Notes under the pieces: model-generated
Databases searched by the model: none
Seen by the model: only the letters and a program-made list of their open reading frames with translations
Told to the model about the DNA's origin: nothing
DNA from: Candidatus Arthromitus sp. SFB-mouse-Japan
GTDB lineage: Bacteria; Bacillota; Clostridia; Clostridiales; Clostridiaceae
NCBI RefSeq assembly: GCF_000270205.1
Contig: NC_015913.1
Location: 570,001-602,000, forward strand
Direction of reading: 5' to 3'
Length of the DNA: 32,000 nt
Position numbers and translations under genes: made by a program
Shown here: positions 19,451 through 28,296 of the stretch, piece by piece
Layout: every line of letters starts with the position of its first letter
Numbering within the stretch: position 1 is the stretch's first letter

Positions 19451-20155
19451 ATGAAATCAAGCAATAGAATAAGGCATATAATTAATATGTGTAAATACAA
19501 TGAAACTATTATAGATGTAGGATGTGATCATGGATATATATCAATTGGACTATTGAATTCTAATAAGTGTTCAAGATGTTATGCTGTAGATATCAATAAA
19601 GATCCAATTAATATTGCAATGAACAATATAAAAAAATATAATTTAGATACTAAAATAAGATGTATTTTATCGGATGGATTTAATTGGTTCGATAGTTTGG
19701 AGAATACAAGTGCGGTTATTGCTGGAATGGGAGGTTCTACGATTGCATCTATAATAAATAGAAATATAAATAAAATTAAATATATGAACTATATTTTAAT
19801 CCAACCTAATGCTTATTCTAAGGATATAAGGAAATATTTATATGATAAACAGTTTCATGTAGAAAAGGAAGATGTTATTTATAGTAAGGGAATATATTAT
19901 GAGTATATACTAATTTTACCTAAACAACAAGAAAATTTAGATAAAGAATATATTAATTTTTTGGTGTGTTTTGATTATGATATGCCATTATGTATTTTTA
20001 ATAATGCAGAGGGTAAATATAATGATTTTATAAAATATAAAATAAATAAATATAAGGGAGTATTATTTCATTTAAGAAAAAATAAATTATCTAATACGAT
20101 TAAGTATGAAACGTTTAGTCGTAGAATTGAAATACTTGGGAGGTTTTTATTGTGA
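19451..20155 (+). CDS. trmK: tRNA (adenine22-N1)-methyltransferase TrmK-like
   Basis: SAM-methyltransferase N-terminus (IIDVGCDHGYISIGLL...AVDINKDPINIA). It occupies the yqfN position after sigA and before the Nif3-family gene. Confidence 0.75.
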   Translation: MKSSNRIRHIINMCKYNETIIDVGCDHGYISIGLLNSNKCSRCYAVDINKDPINIAMNNIKKYNLDTKIRCILSDGFNWFDSLENTSAVIAGMGGSTIASIINRNINKIKYMNYILIQPNAYSKDIRKYLYDKQFHVEKEDVIYSKGIYYEYILILPKQQENLDKEYINFLVCFDYDMPLCIFNNAEGKYNDFIKYKINKYKGVLFHLRKNKLSNTIKYETFSRRIEILGRFLL

Positions 20156-20949
20156 AAATTAGTGAGTTCATTGATAGAATGGAATTATTAGTTCCAAGTA
20201 ACTTAGCATTATCATATGATAATGTAGGTTTATTGATAGGAAATATGGAAAGTGATATTACGGGATTATATATTTCATTAGATATTAATGAGGATATAAT
20301 TAATAAAATATTAGATTTAAAAATAAATACTGTGATAACTCATCATCCAGTTATATTTAATTCAATCAAAAATTTAAGTTTTCAATATGATAATACAGAC
20401 ATATTAAAATGCATAAAGCATGATATCAATGTTTTATCTTATCACACTAATTTAGATATGATAAATAATGGGGTAAATGATGAATTAATTAACATACTGA
20501 AATTTGAATATAATAATATATCTATTTTAGAACCTAGTGAAATTGATTCTAATTTAGGAATAGGTAGAATTGTGGATCTTTCTAGACCTTTGAATATTAA
20601 TGTAATTATAGATAAAATTAAAACTAATTTATACATAAATAGTATGAGATTAGTGAATAATAGAAATGATAGCATTAATAGGATATGCGTTATTAATGGA
20701 TCGGGTAATAGTTTAATTAAACTATGTTATGGTAAGAATATAGATTTGGTTATCACTGGGGATATTACATACCATACTGCTTTTGAGGCGTATAAAAATA
20801 GGTTATCTATATTAGATATTGGTCATTTTAATTCAGAAAATATTGCATATATGAATGTAATGAAGAAGATATGTAGAACTTTAGATATAAATGATAATTT
20901 AAACATAGTTTATGATGATATTTTAACCGATATTTATAATTATATTTGA
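20152..20949 (+). CDS. Nif3-like dinuclear metal centre protein (YqfO family)
   Basis: THHPVIF motif and C-terminal GHF/SE motifs. The GTG start overlaps the trmK stop (GTGA). Synteny matches B. subtilis yqfN-yqfO. Confidence 0.85.
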   Translation: MKISEFIDRMELLVPSNLALSYDNVGLLIGNMESDITGLYISLDINEDIINKILDLKINTVITHHPVIFNSIKNLSFQYDNTDILKCIKHDINVLSYHTNLDMINNGVNDELINILKFEYNNISILEPSEIDSNLGIGRIVDLSRPLNINVIIDKIKTNLYINSMRLVNNRNDSINRICVINGSGNSLIKLCYGKNIDLVITGDITYHTAFEAYKNRLSILDIGHFNSENIAYMNVMKKICRTLDINDNLNIVYDDILTDIYNYI

Positions 20950-20966
20950 TTATATATGGAGGTATA

Positions 20967-21707
20967 GTGAAGAAAAATTTATATATTAGTGTAGGTATTT
21001 GGTTATTTGGGACAGTGCTATTATTTGGAGTATTACTTAGTTTTATTTATTATAGGACAGATTATAATATCAAAAATTTTGTGCTATATGAATCTAAGTA
21101 TTTAGATTTTAAATATACTAATGATTATATATCCTTAAGTAATAAAATTAATAGTAGTGATGAGTTTGGATTAATATTTTGTCCTGGAGCATTTATTAAA
21201 GAAGAGGCGTATTTACCTGTTTTATCTGAATTATCAAAGCAAGGCATGAAGGTTTATCTGCTTAAATATGGACATAATTTTGATATGTTTAATATTGGCA
21301 ATATAAATAAAATATTAAGTAGTTCAGATATTAAGAATTATATTTTAGTAGGACATTCTTTTGGAGGTAGTAAGATACTTAATTATTTGAAACAGAATGG
21401 ATCAAATTTAATAAAGTGTGTTGTACTACTATCTTCTTATGGAACTAATAGTCAGGATTTTTCTGATAGTAATATAAAGTTTCTTTCTATTGTTGGTAGT
21501 GAAGATAAAATTATTAATTTTAAAAAATATGAAAACTATAAAAATAATTTACCTAGTACAACTAAATATGTTTACATAGAAGGTGGAAATCATTCTTATT
21601 TTGGTAATTATGGTTTGCAATTTGGTGATTCAGTTGGGTCAATTAGTAAAGAACGTCAACAATTTATTGTAATAAATGAAATATTAAAATTAGTAGAGGA
21701 AATATGA
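20967..21707 (+). CDS. Membrane-anchored alpha/beta hydrolase
   Basis: GHSFGGS nucleophile elbow and an N-terminal TM helix (LYISVGIWLFGTVLLFGVLLSFIYY). The ORF opens at TTG 20946. GTG 20967 after GGAGG (20958-20962) gives a typical MKKN N-terminus, so the exact start is uncertain. Confidence 0.7.
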   Translation: MKKNLYISVGIWLFGTVLLFGVLLSFIYYRTDYNIKNFVLYESKYLDFKYTNDYISLSNKINSSDEFGLIFCPGAFIKEEAYLPVLSELSKQGMKVYLLKYGHNFDMFNIGNINKILSSSDIKNYILVGHSFGGSKILNYLKQNGSNLIKCVVLLSSYGTNSQDFSDSNIKFLSIVGSEDKIINFKKYENYKNNLPSTTKYVYIEGGNHSYFGNYGLQFGDSVGSISKERQQFIVINEILKLVEEI

Positions 21708-21726
21708 TTTTTTTAGAATCATATTT
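21688..21726 (+). terminator. Rho-independent terminator after the hydrolase gene
   Basis: A 13-bp stem AGGAAATATGATT / AATCATATTTCCT followed by TTTTTC. The 5' arm overlaps the stop codon. Confidence 0.75.
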
Positions 21727-21781
21727 CCTTTTTCTTAATATATTTTAAAATCAAGCTTTTATTAATGAGGTATAATTATTT

Positions 21782-22174
21782 ATGAGTAATAGTTCAAATG
21801 TTAGGAATGAAATAGAAAGTATTGTAAGGTATGTTTATGTTAATATTTTAAAATCGAATATTAGTTCTGATACTTTAAATTCATGGGTTAATAGATTAAC
21901 ATCAAAACAAGTTACTTTGTATGATTTTTTATTTACTGTGATATCTCCTAATATAAATTCTTTATCTATTTCAACTTTAATTCAAAATTTATATATTGGC
22001 ATACTGGGTAAGGATATCAGTATGACTAAAAATTCAGAATTGGTTGCTGTTTTTAATAATGAATTAAGAAAATATGGGAATAAGAAACGTGCATTGCGGA
22101 AAGTTTTATTGAGTTTTGTTGGTGATGCTTCTTTAAAGAAATATTGCAAAAGATTAGGAATAAATGCTAAATAG
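21782..22174 (+). CDS. Hypothetical protein, possibly two DUF4214-like repeats
   Basis: A 130-aa ORF with GAGG 11 nt upstream and its own terminator. Two segments resemble the DUF4214 pattern: IVRYVYVNIL...LNSWVNRLTS...LYDFLFTVISP, and LIQNLYIGILGK...LLSFVGDASLKKYCKRLGI. There is no signal peptide. The family call is tentative. Confidence 0.55.
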   Translation: MSNSSNVRNEIESIVRYVYVNILKSNISSDTLNSWVNRLTSKQVTLYDFLFTVISPNINSLSISTLIQNLYIGILGKDISMTKNSELVAVFNNELRKYGNKKRALRKVLLSFVGDASLKKYCKRLGINAK

Positions 22175-22185
22175 ATTTGTTTTTT

Positions 22186-22222
22186 GGGTTTATCTTATGT
22201 TATAAGATAAACCTTTTTATTT
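22186..22222 (+). terminator. Rho-independent terminator
   Basis: Stem GGGTTTATCTTAT / ATAAGATAAACC followed by TTTTTATTT. Confidence 0.75.
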
Positions 22223-22249
22223 GATTTAATATCATTTATTTGGTAGAAT
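22221..22249 (+). promoter_or_regulatory. Sigma-A type promoter for rnpB
   Basis: TTGATT (22221-22226), an exact 17-nt spacer, then TAGAAT (22244-22249). It lies about 8 nt upstream of the predicted 5' end of the RNase P RNA P1 helix. Confidence 0.55.
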
Positions 22250-22257
22250 ATATAACG

Positions 22258-22593
22258 GAGTAAGTCAGACAATCGCTGCTCAATTTTTATTGAGGAGAGG
22301 AAAGTCCGAGCTCCATAGGGCAGGGTGCTTGGTAACACCAAGTGGAGGCGACTCTAAGGAAAGTGCAACAGAAATAAACCGCCTAATTTTTTAGGTAAGG
22401 ATGGAAAGGCGAGGTAAGAGCTCACCAGCAGTATGGTGACATACTGACTATGTAAACCCCACCTGGAGCAAGACTGAATAGGATAGCGTTAAAGTTGCCC
22501 GCTTTGCTATCGGGTATGTCGCTCGAGTCTATTGGTGACGATAGACCTAGATAGATGATTGTCTAATACAGAACTCGGCTTATAGATTTGCTC
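22258..22593 (+). ncRNA. rnpB: RNase P RNA, bacterial class A
   Basis: Universal blocks are colinear with E. coli M1 RNA: GAGGAAAGTCCGAGCTCCATAGGGCAGGGTGC, AGTGCAACAGAAA..AACCGCC, GGTAAGAGCTCACC, GTAAACCCCACCTGGAGCAAG and ACAGAACTCGGCTTAT. The P1 helix forms between GAGTAAGTC (5') and GATTTGCTC (3'). Confidence 0.9.
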
Positions 22594-22600
22594 TTTTTTT

Positions 22601-22634
22601 TAAAATGGATACTCTTTTGAGTATCCATTTTTTA
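22601..22634. terminator. Hairpin terminator shared by rnpB and the convergent dockerin-protein gene
   Basis: Stem AAAATGGATACTC / GAGTATCCATTTT with a TTTT loop. A-rich sequence flanks it on the left and T-rich sequence on the right. Confidence 0.75.
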
Positions 22635-24017
22635 ATAGGACAATTCTCTCTTATATATTCTTAATATTTCCATTTTTTCGTTTTCTAATCTGTTTTTAAT
22701 ACCATTGTATAGTGAGACTATGCCAGGATTTGAGCTATTTGGTGGGTAGGATTTTGATATTATATTTAATCTTTCTGTGTATATTGATTCTATAATTGAG
22801 TCCATTGATGAATTTAATGATATTTTTTTAATGATATTTACAGCCCCGCTAGCTCCATGTTGTACTGCTGTTGACCATATCATATTTGATGTTGAATTAT
22901 AGTTTAGCAAAGAATCAACATTTAAGTTATTTTTATTGGCTATTTTTATAAATGAATCGTAGTAGTTCTTTTTTATAAATAATCTTTGTAATTCGTAGAA
23001 GTGTTCATATTGATTGTATGCTATCTCTTTCCACGTAGATATAAAGTTTTCTTCAAAATTTCCATTATCTTTATTTTTGGCTTCTGTTAATTTTAGATAT
23101 ATTAATTCATCTTTATCTTTTATAAATTTTATAAATTCATCTACAGATCCTGTCTTACTAGCTAACTGCCAAACACCGAATGAGGCTCCACCTTTATCAT
23201 TTGGATTTAATCCAATAGCTCCAGGATCACCATTAGATTCTTCTCTGGCAGATATGTAGCCAAGTTGTGATCGGTTTATATCATCTTGAATTATGTCTAT
23301 ATAGCTTGGTATGTATCCAGTTTTTAGATTATTATTTTCATCGTAATATAAAACGTTGTAAAATCCATTTATAATATTACTTACTTCTAGTAAAACTCCT
23401 TCTGGAATCATTATGTCTGTTCTTGCACTCATCTTTGGCTCACTTCTTAAATTGACTCTTTCTCTTGTAACTCCAATTATCTTTCTAAAATTTAGATTTT
23501 TATTGTATACGACATTTCCATTCTTAGATATTACAATAGAATCATCTAATAATGATGCAGAGTCTACTGCATTGCGGAGTGATTTTGTGGATGTATTCGG
23601 CTCATTATTTGAATACACAAAGTAACTATTATTGTCCCAAATTATAAAATCGTTATATTTAACTACTCCATTATTTTGGGAAGCTAAGGATATAGCATTT
23701 ATTAAATTGTCTTTTGAAAAATTATCTAAAGATATACCATTTTTATCGTAAGCTGTGAATATTGCTTCTGAATCTTGACTAGAAGGTATTTGTTTTGCAA
23801 CTATAGCTATATCTAAAGCATCAACTATTCCATCATTATTTATATCATATTGTTTATTATCAGATCCTGTATGAATTGAAATTGTATGTAGATCTAAGTG
23901 ATTTATAATACCATCATTGTTTACATCAATATTTTTAGCGAGAGTTATATTATTTGGATTTAAAAATAAATAGAATATGCATGATAAAATTATTGTCTTT
24001 ATATTTAATTTCAACAA
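22632..24017 (-). CDS. Secreted multidomain protein: signal peptide, dockerin-like double EF-hand, SH3b-like domain, C-terminal lysozyme-like domain (putative peptidoglycan hydrolase)
   Basis: Two dockerin-type Ca-binding repeats are present (DVNNDGIINHLDL and DINNDGIVDALDIAIV). An SH3b-like segment follows (VNLRSEPKMSARTDIMIPEGVLLEV...GYIPSYIDI). The C-terminal domain has an E...D-x-GG-x-S-x-G pattern (REESNGDPGAIGLNPNDKGGASFGVWQL) reminiscent of the GH108/VgrG3-C lysozyme-like folds. Confidence 0.65.
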   Translation of the reverse strand: MLKLNIKTIILSCIFYLFLNPNNITLAKNIDVNNDGIINHLDLHTISIHTGSDNKQYDINNDGIVDALDIAIVAKQIPSSQDSEAIFTAYDKNGISLDNFSKDNLINAISLASQNNGVVKYNDFIIWDNNSYFVYSNNEPNTSTKSLRNAVDSASLLDDSIVISKNGNVVYNKNLNFRKIIGVTRERVNLRSEPKMSARTDIMIPEGVLLEVSNIINGFYNVLYYDENNNLKTGYIPSYIDIIQDDINRSQLGYISAREESNGDPGAIGLNPNDKGGASFGVWQLASKTGSVDEFIKFIKDKDELIYLKLTEAKNKDNGNFEENFISTWKEIAYNQYEHFYELQRLFIKKNYYDSFIKIANKNNLNVDSLLNYNSTSNMIWSTAVQHGASGAVNIIKKISLNSSMDSIIESIYTERLNIISKSYPPNSSNPGIVSLYNGIKNRLENEKMEILRIYKRELSY

Positions 24018-24157
24018 TGAATTTACCTCCTTAGTTGTTTATAGGTTAATATTATCTACAAAAAAGTAAAAAAAATTTAAATTATTATTACTAAAACACC
24101 AAAAATTTGTAAGTAAATAAAATAATTGTATAAGCAATATTTAAGGTGGTGATTAGG

Positions 24158-24607
24158 TTGTATTTGTATGTAAATGAATTTTTAAAAGTAATTATGTGGC
24201 TTGTAATTTCATTGATATTTTTTATGATTGAGTTAAATAGGAAAGAGATATTTTTTATATATTTTTCAATTTCTTCATTATTATCATCAGTATTATCTTT
24301 ATTTGTAAATGATATAGGTAATCAAATTGTATTTTTTATAATTAGTTCAATTATATTTATAATTTTTGTTAAGACAATATTGGATAAAATGATTGAAATT
24401 AACATTAGATTTAAGCATAGTCCTAAATTTAATGAAGATAAGTTATGTTTAATTTTAAGAGAGGAAAAAAAGGATGAGTCATTGTATAAAGTTATATCAA
24501 AAAGTGGAATTTACACTGCAAAATTTATAAATTGTGGAAGGAATGCTGTTAAATTTAAAGTTTGTAACATCATACATGATGATGGAGAATTAATTATTAT
24601 AAGATGA
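24158..24607 (+). CDS. NfeD-like membrane protein (short form: TM helices plus C-terminal OB-fold)
   Basis: An N-terminal hydrophobic block (WLVISLIFFMIELN, two or three TM helices) and a C-terminal beta-rich tail (AVKFKVCNIIHDDGELIIIR) are typical of short NfeD proteins. The ORF opens at GTG 24146. TTG 24158 follows AAGGTGG, and ATG 24194 is also possible, so the start is uncertain. Confidence 0.5.
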   Translation: MYLYVNEFLKVIMWLVISLIFFMIELNRKEIFFIYFSISSLLSSVLSLFVNDIGNQIVFFIISSIIFIIFVKTILDKMIEINIRFKHSPKFNEDKLCLILREEKKDESLYKVISKSGIYTAKFINCGRNAVKFKVCNIIHDDGELIIIR

Positions 24608-24618
24608 TGTTTAGATTA

Positions 24619-24656
24619 AAAAGCATATATAATTTGATATATGCTTTTTAATTTTT
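24619..24656. terminator. Bidirectional terminator between the NfeD-like gene and pncB
   Basis: A 12-bp stem AAAAGCATATAT / ATATATGCTTTT with a 6-nt loop. An A-run lies before it and a T-run after it, so it can function on both strands. Confidence 0.8.
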
Positions 24657-26110
24657 TAGATATACTTATTTGAATATTTGTTCAATAAATCTTGGTGACT
24701 ATTCCATAAGTTTTTTGATAAATCAACAAAGTAATTTTGAGGGTTTTCAAGTCTGGTAATTTCTGGCCATAATTTAGAGAATTCTTTATTTTTAATTTTG
24801 TGTATTTCCATAACACTAGGAGATTTGTATACACAAACTCCTTTATCAAATATTTTTTTGTGTAATTTTATGGTATAGAAATCAGTTATCACCTTTTTTT
24901 TCCATGTAAAATTTGGATCAAATATAGTAAGTGGTTTTGTTTCGTCTATTGTATCATAAAAATTTGTTATAAGATCTGCTATTGCCATATTTGTTTTAGA
25001 ATCGAATATTCTATAAACTGTTTTAAGTCCTGAAATTGTGATTTTATCATGGTTTTCACTAATTTTAATTTTAGGAATGAGGACATCGTTTTTATATAAT
25101 GCACAAAGCTTGTATACTCCTCCTAATACGGGTTCGCTCTTTGATGTTATGAGTCTTTCTCCAACACCGAACATATCTACTTCTGCCCCTTCAGATAGAA
25201 CATTTGTTATTATATTTTCATCTAATGAATTTGAAACTATTATTTTAACCTCGTGCAAACCTTCCTTATTTAATATTTCCCTAGCTTTTTTGGTAAGATA
25301 AGTGATATCTCCACTATCAATTCTAATTCCGAGAATTCTATCGTCATTTTTAGGAAGTTCCTTAAATACCCTTATTGCGTTTGGTAATCCTGATTTTAAA
25401 ACATTATAAGTGTCAATTAATAGAACACAATTTTTGGGTGAATATTTAGCCCATGTTTTGAATGCTTCATATTCTGAATCAAACATTTGAATCCAACTGT
25501 GAGCCATAGTACCAAATGAAGGTATATTAAATTTTTTTTCCGATATTGTACATGATGTGGCAATACATCCGCCTATTATTGAAGCTCTTGCACCATAAAT
25601 TGCTCCACTGTATCCTTGGGCTCTCCTAGAGCCAAATTCTAAAACATCTTTTCCATTAGCTGCAGTACAAATTCTACTAGCCTTTGTCGATATTAATATC
25701 TGATGATTTAAAGTTAATAAAAGCATAGTTTCAATTAGTAGGCATTCTAAAATAGGTCCTTTGACTGTAACAATAGGTTCTTTTGGGAAAATTGGAAATC
25801 CTTCTTCTATTGCGTATACATCACAAGAAAATTTAAAATTTTTAAGGTAGTCTAAGAATTTTTTATCAAATAAATTTTTGGATTCTAAAAATTTTATGTC
25901 TTCTGGAGTGAATTTTAAATTTTTTATAAATGTAATAATTTGATCTAAGCCAGCCATTATACAGTATCCACCATTATCAGGTATTTTTCTAAAGAACATA
26001 TCAAAACAAGCTATAACATCTTCTTGTTCATCTAAAATGAAGTTATTAGCCATAGTTAGTTCGTAAAAATCTACGAGTAATGATAAATTCATTTCATGAT
26101 TTTCAAACAT
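24656..26110 (-). CDS. pncB: Nicotinate phosphoribosyltransferase
   Basis: A 484-aa protein with a typical N-terminus (LLVDFYELTMA), FGSRRAQG and GTMAHSWIQ motifs. Confidence 0.9.
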   Translation of the reverse strand: MFENHEMNLSLLVDFYELTMANNFILDEQEDVIACFDMFFRKIPDNGGYCIMAGLDQIITFIKNLKFTPEDIKFLESKNLFDKKFLDYLKNFKFSCDVYAIEEGFPIFPKEPIVTVKGPILECLLIETMLLLTLNHQILISTKASRICTAANGKDVLEFGSRRAQGYSGAIYGARASIIGGCIATSCTISEKKFNIPSFGTMAHSWIQMFDSEYEAFKTWAKYSPKNCVLLIDTYNVLKSGLPNAIRVFKELPKNDDRILGIRIDSGDITYLTKKAREILNKEGLHEVKIIVSNSLDENIITNVLSEGAEVDMFGVGERLITSKSEPVLGGVYKLCALYKNDVLIPKIKISENHDKITISGLKTVYRIFDSKTNMAIADLITNFYDTIDETKPLTIFDPNFTWKKKVITDFYTIKLHKKIFDKGVCVYKSPSVMEIHKIKNKEFSKLWPEITRLENPQNYFVDLSKNLWNSHQDLLNKYSNKYI

Positions 26111-26260
26111 TAAATAAACACATCCTAAAAATTATTATAGATAAGATAGTAATTGTAAATATAAAAATTTTCAATATTAATAATTACAATATTTATTAAA
26201 AATTGTTTAAAATTAGATTTTTTTGGAATAATTTTAAAAAAGGGAATTAGGGGTGAGTTT

Positions 26261-28177
26261 ATGTTTGATGAATATCAAAATGATGCAATCTTTTCTAATG
26301 AGGATAAAGTTTTGTTAGTGGCATCACCTGGCAGTGGTAAGACAACAGTTCTTATAGAGAAACTTATGCATTTTATTAGTTGTGGTTTTAAAGAAGATAG
26401 TATTTTGGTGATTACATTTACTAAGAAGGCTTGTGAAAATATGAAACAAAGGTTTGCTGTATCAAGTAAATCGTCAACATCACCTCACTTTTATACTTTT
26501 CATGCTTTGTTTTATAAAATTATAAAAGACAATATAAGTTTTAATTTTGAAATTATTACAGAAGATCATGTTTATAAATTTTTAAGTAATATATTGAAGA
26601 ATTACATAGATTCAGTAAGTGAGTATAAGATTCAATTGCTTGTGTGTGAGATTACTAGATTCAATGGAAGTAATAAGAGTATAGATGAGTTTGAGACAAA
26701 TTTACCAAAGCATGTGTTAGATGATGTTGTAAAAAAATATAAGAGATATAAACTTGATAATAATTTATATGATTTTGATGATTTGGAAAAAGAAGTATTA
26801 AAATTATTTCAAGAAAGAAAAGATATTTTAGAATTTTATAGAGATAAGTTTAAATACATATTGGTTGATGAATTTCAGGATTGTAACAATGTTCAATTTG
26901 AAATTTTAAAAATGTTAAGCATGAAATCTAAATTATTTTGTGTAGGTGATGATGATCAGAGTATTTATAAATTTAGAGGTGCAAATCCATCTATAATGGT
27001 TGATTTTTGTGATGTGTTCGAAGGAGCTAAGAAATATTATTTAAAATATAATTATAGATCTAAGCATTCTATTGTTAAATTTTCACGTAATGTTATTGAA
27101 AACAATAGGATAAGGAATAAAAAACAATTAGTTGGTAAGAAGGAAGAAGAAGGTGAGGTTATTTGTAAAAAGTTTTTAGAGGATTCTGATCAGGGAAAAT
27201 ATATTGTAGATGATATAGATAATTTGCAAAGAAGAGGAGTAAGTTTATCTGATTTTGCAGTTTTATATAGGAATCATAAAGATTCTTTCAGTATATTGAG
27301 TGAATTTATTAAGAGGAATATCAAAATTAACTTTCTTGATAATAACTTTAATATATTTGAGCTTTTTTATATAAGAGATATAATAAATTTACTTTTATTT
27401 ATAGATAATCCAACTATAAATAATTTTAAAAATATATGTGATAAGGTCACATTTTTGTTTAGTAGGAGAGTTAATCAGATTATAAATAAATTTGATTATG
27501 GCTTGAACTTTTTTAGTGTGATGGATGCAAGTTTTGATAAAATTTCTTATAATGATAAACGAAGTATATATAATTTGAGGAAAATGATTAAAAAATTTAT
27601 GAAATACCCTATAGGTAGTAGAATTAATGGTATTTTAAATAAACTTGGGTATTCAGTGTATCTTAATAATATTATTGTACAAAAAAATCTGAATAAAGCG
27701 GAGATTGATTATTTTATAGAGTATTTTTATAATTTGATTACGAATTTTAAATCCATAGATGAGTTTAATAAAAATATTAGATTGATTAATTCTGTGCATG
27801 GAGTAAATTTTGGAACTATTCATTCTTCAAAGGGTATGGAATTTAGATACGTTTATATTATAAATGCTCAAAATATAGAAAGAGATATAAGTTTGAATAG
27901 TAATATAAGTATACTTTATGACGAAGAAGAGGAAAGGCGTATTTTTTATGTAGGAATTACTAGAGCTATAGATTCATTGAAGATTTTATCTCCATATTTT
28001 ATAGATGGAAGATTTAATAATAGACCGTTAAAATTTGTTGGGGAAGGATTGATGAATCCTGACTATGGGAATATAGACACTTGTAATGTAAAAAAAATAT
28101 ATAAGAACAAGGTTCTTTTGTATGTTGATGGTAAAAAGAAGAGTTTAGATACTAAAGATTATTTAAAGATAACTTAG
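26261..28177 (+). CDS. UvrD/PcrA/Rep-family (SF1A) ATP-dependent DNA helicase, short form
   Basis: All SF1 motifs are present: Q (YQNDAI), I (SPGSGKTT), Ia (ITFTKKACENMKQR), II (VDEFQD), III (VGDDDQSIYKFRGA), IV (NYRS), V (GTIHSSKGMEF) and VI (RRIFYVGITRA). Confidence 0.85.
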   Translation: MFDEYQNDAIFSNEDKVLLVASPGSGKTTVLIEKLMHFISCGFKEDSILVITFTKKACENMKQRFAVSSKSSTSPHFYTFHALFYKIIKDNISFNFEIITEDHVYKFLSNILKNYIDSVSEYKIQLLVCEITRFNGSNKSIDEFETNLPKHVLDDVVKKYKRYKLDNNLYDFDDLEKEVLKLFQERKDILEFYRDKFKYILVDEFQDCNNVQFEILKMLSMKSKLFCVGDDDQSIYKFRGANPSIMVDFCDVFEGAKKYYLKYNYRSKHSIVKFSRNVIENNRIRNKKQLVGKKEEEGEVICKKFLEDSDQGKYIVDDIDNLQRRGVSLSDFAVLYRNHKDSFSILSEFIKRNIKINFLDNNFNIFELFYIRDIINLLLFIDNPTINNFKNICDKVTFLFSRRVNQIINKFDYGLNFFSVMDASFDKISYNDKRSIYNLRKMIKKFMKYPIGSRINGILNKLGYSVYLNNIIVQKNLNKAEIDYFIEYFYNLITNFKSIDEFNKNIRLINSVHGVNFGTIHSSKGMEFRYVYIINAQNIERDISLNSNISILYDEEEERRIFYVGITRAIDSLKILSPYFIDGRFNNRPLKFVGEGLMNPDYGNIDTCNVKKIYKNKVLLYVDGKKKSLDTKDYLKIT

Positions 28178-28182
28178 TTGAG

Positions 28183-28216
28183 AGATACTTATTTTATGAT
28201 AAGTATCTTTTATTAT
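28183..28216 (+). terminator. Rho-independent terminator after the helicase gene
   Basis: Perfect 10-bp stem AGATACTTAT / ATAAGTATCT with a 6-nt loop, then a T-rich tail. Confidence 0.75.
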
Positions 28217-28296
28217 TTTAAATTGAATTATGTAAAATTCGTAATAATGCTATAATATAAGTTGATGTATATTATTAAGTTGGGAGTTTTGTGGTT

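Noticed and set aside
22632-24017. Interpreting the dockerin as evidence of a cellulosome.
   Set aside because: No cohesin, scaffoldin, glycoside hydrolase of plant-polysaccharide type or CBM is present in the window. The attached domains look peptidoglycan-directed.
3798-25301. Short ORF-track entries antisense to, or out of frame within, large conserved genes: 3798-3998(-), 4656-4901(-), 6617-6799(-), 7761-7973(+), 8996-9229(-), 10034-10228(-), 10308-10535(-), 10759-10950(-), 14081-14302(-), 14513-14740(-), 19111-19338(-), 20442-20675(-), 23014-23259(+), 23413-23625(+), 25038-25301(+).
   Set aside because: Each lies wholly or almost wholly inside a well-supported gene in another frame or strand. 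They have Ile/Leu/Phe/Ser-rich low-complexity translations typical of shadow ORFs in AT-rich DNA, and no RBS or recognisable motif.
28178-28296. A T-box or other leader riboswitch upstream of ilvE.
   Set aside because: The gap is only ~110 nt and is mostly occupied by the helicase terminator. No specifier loop or T-box sequence is visible.
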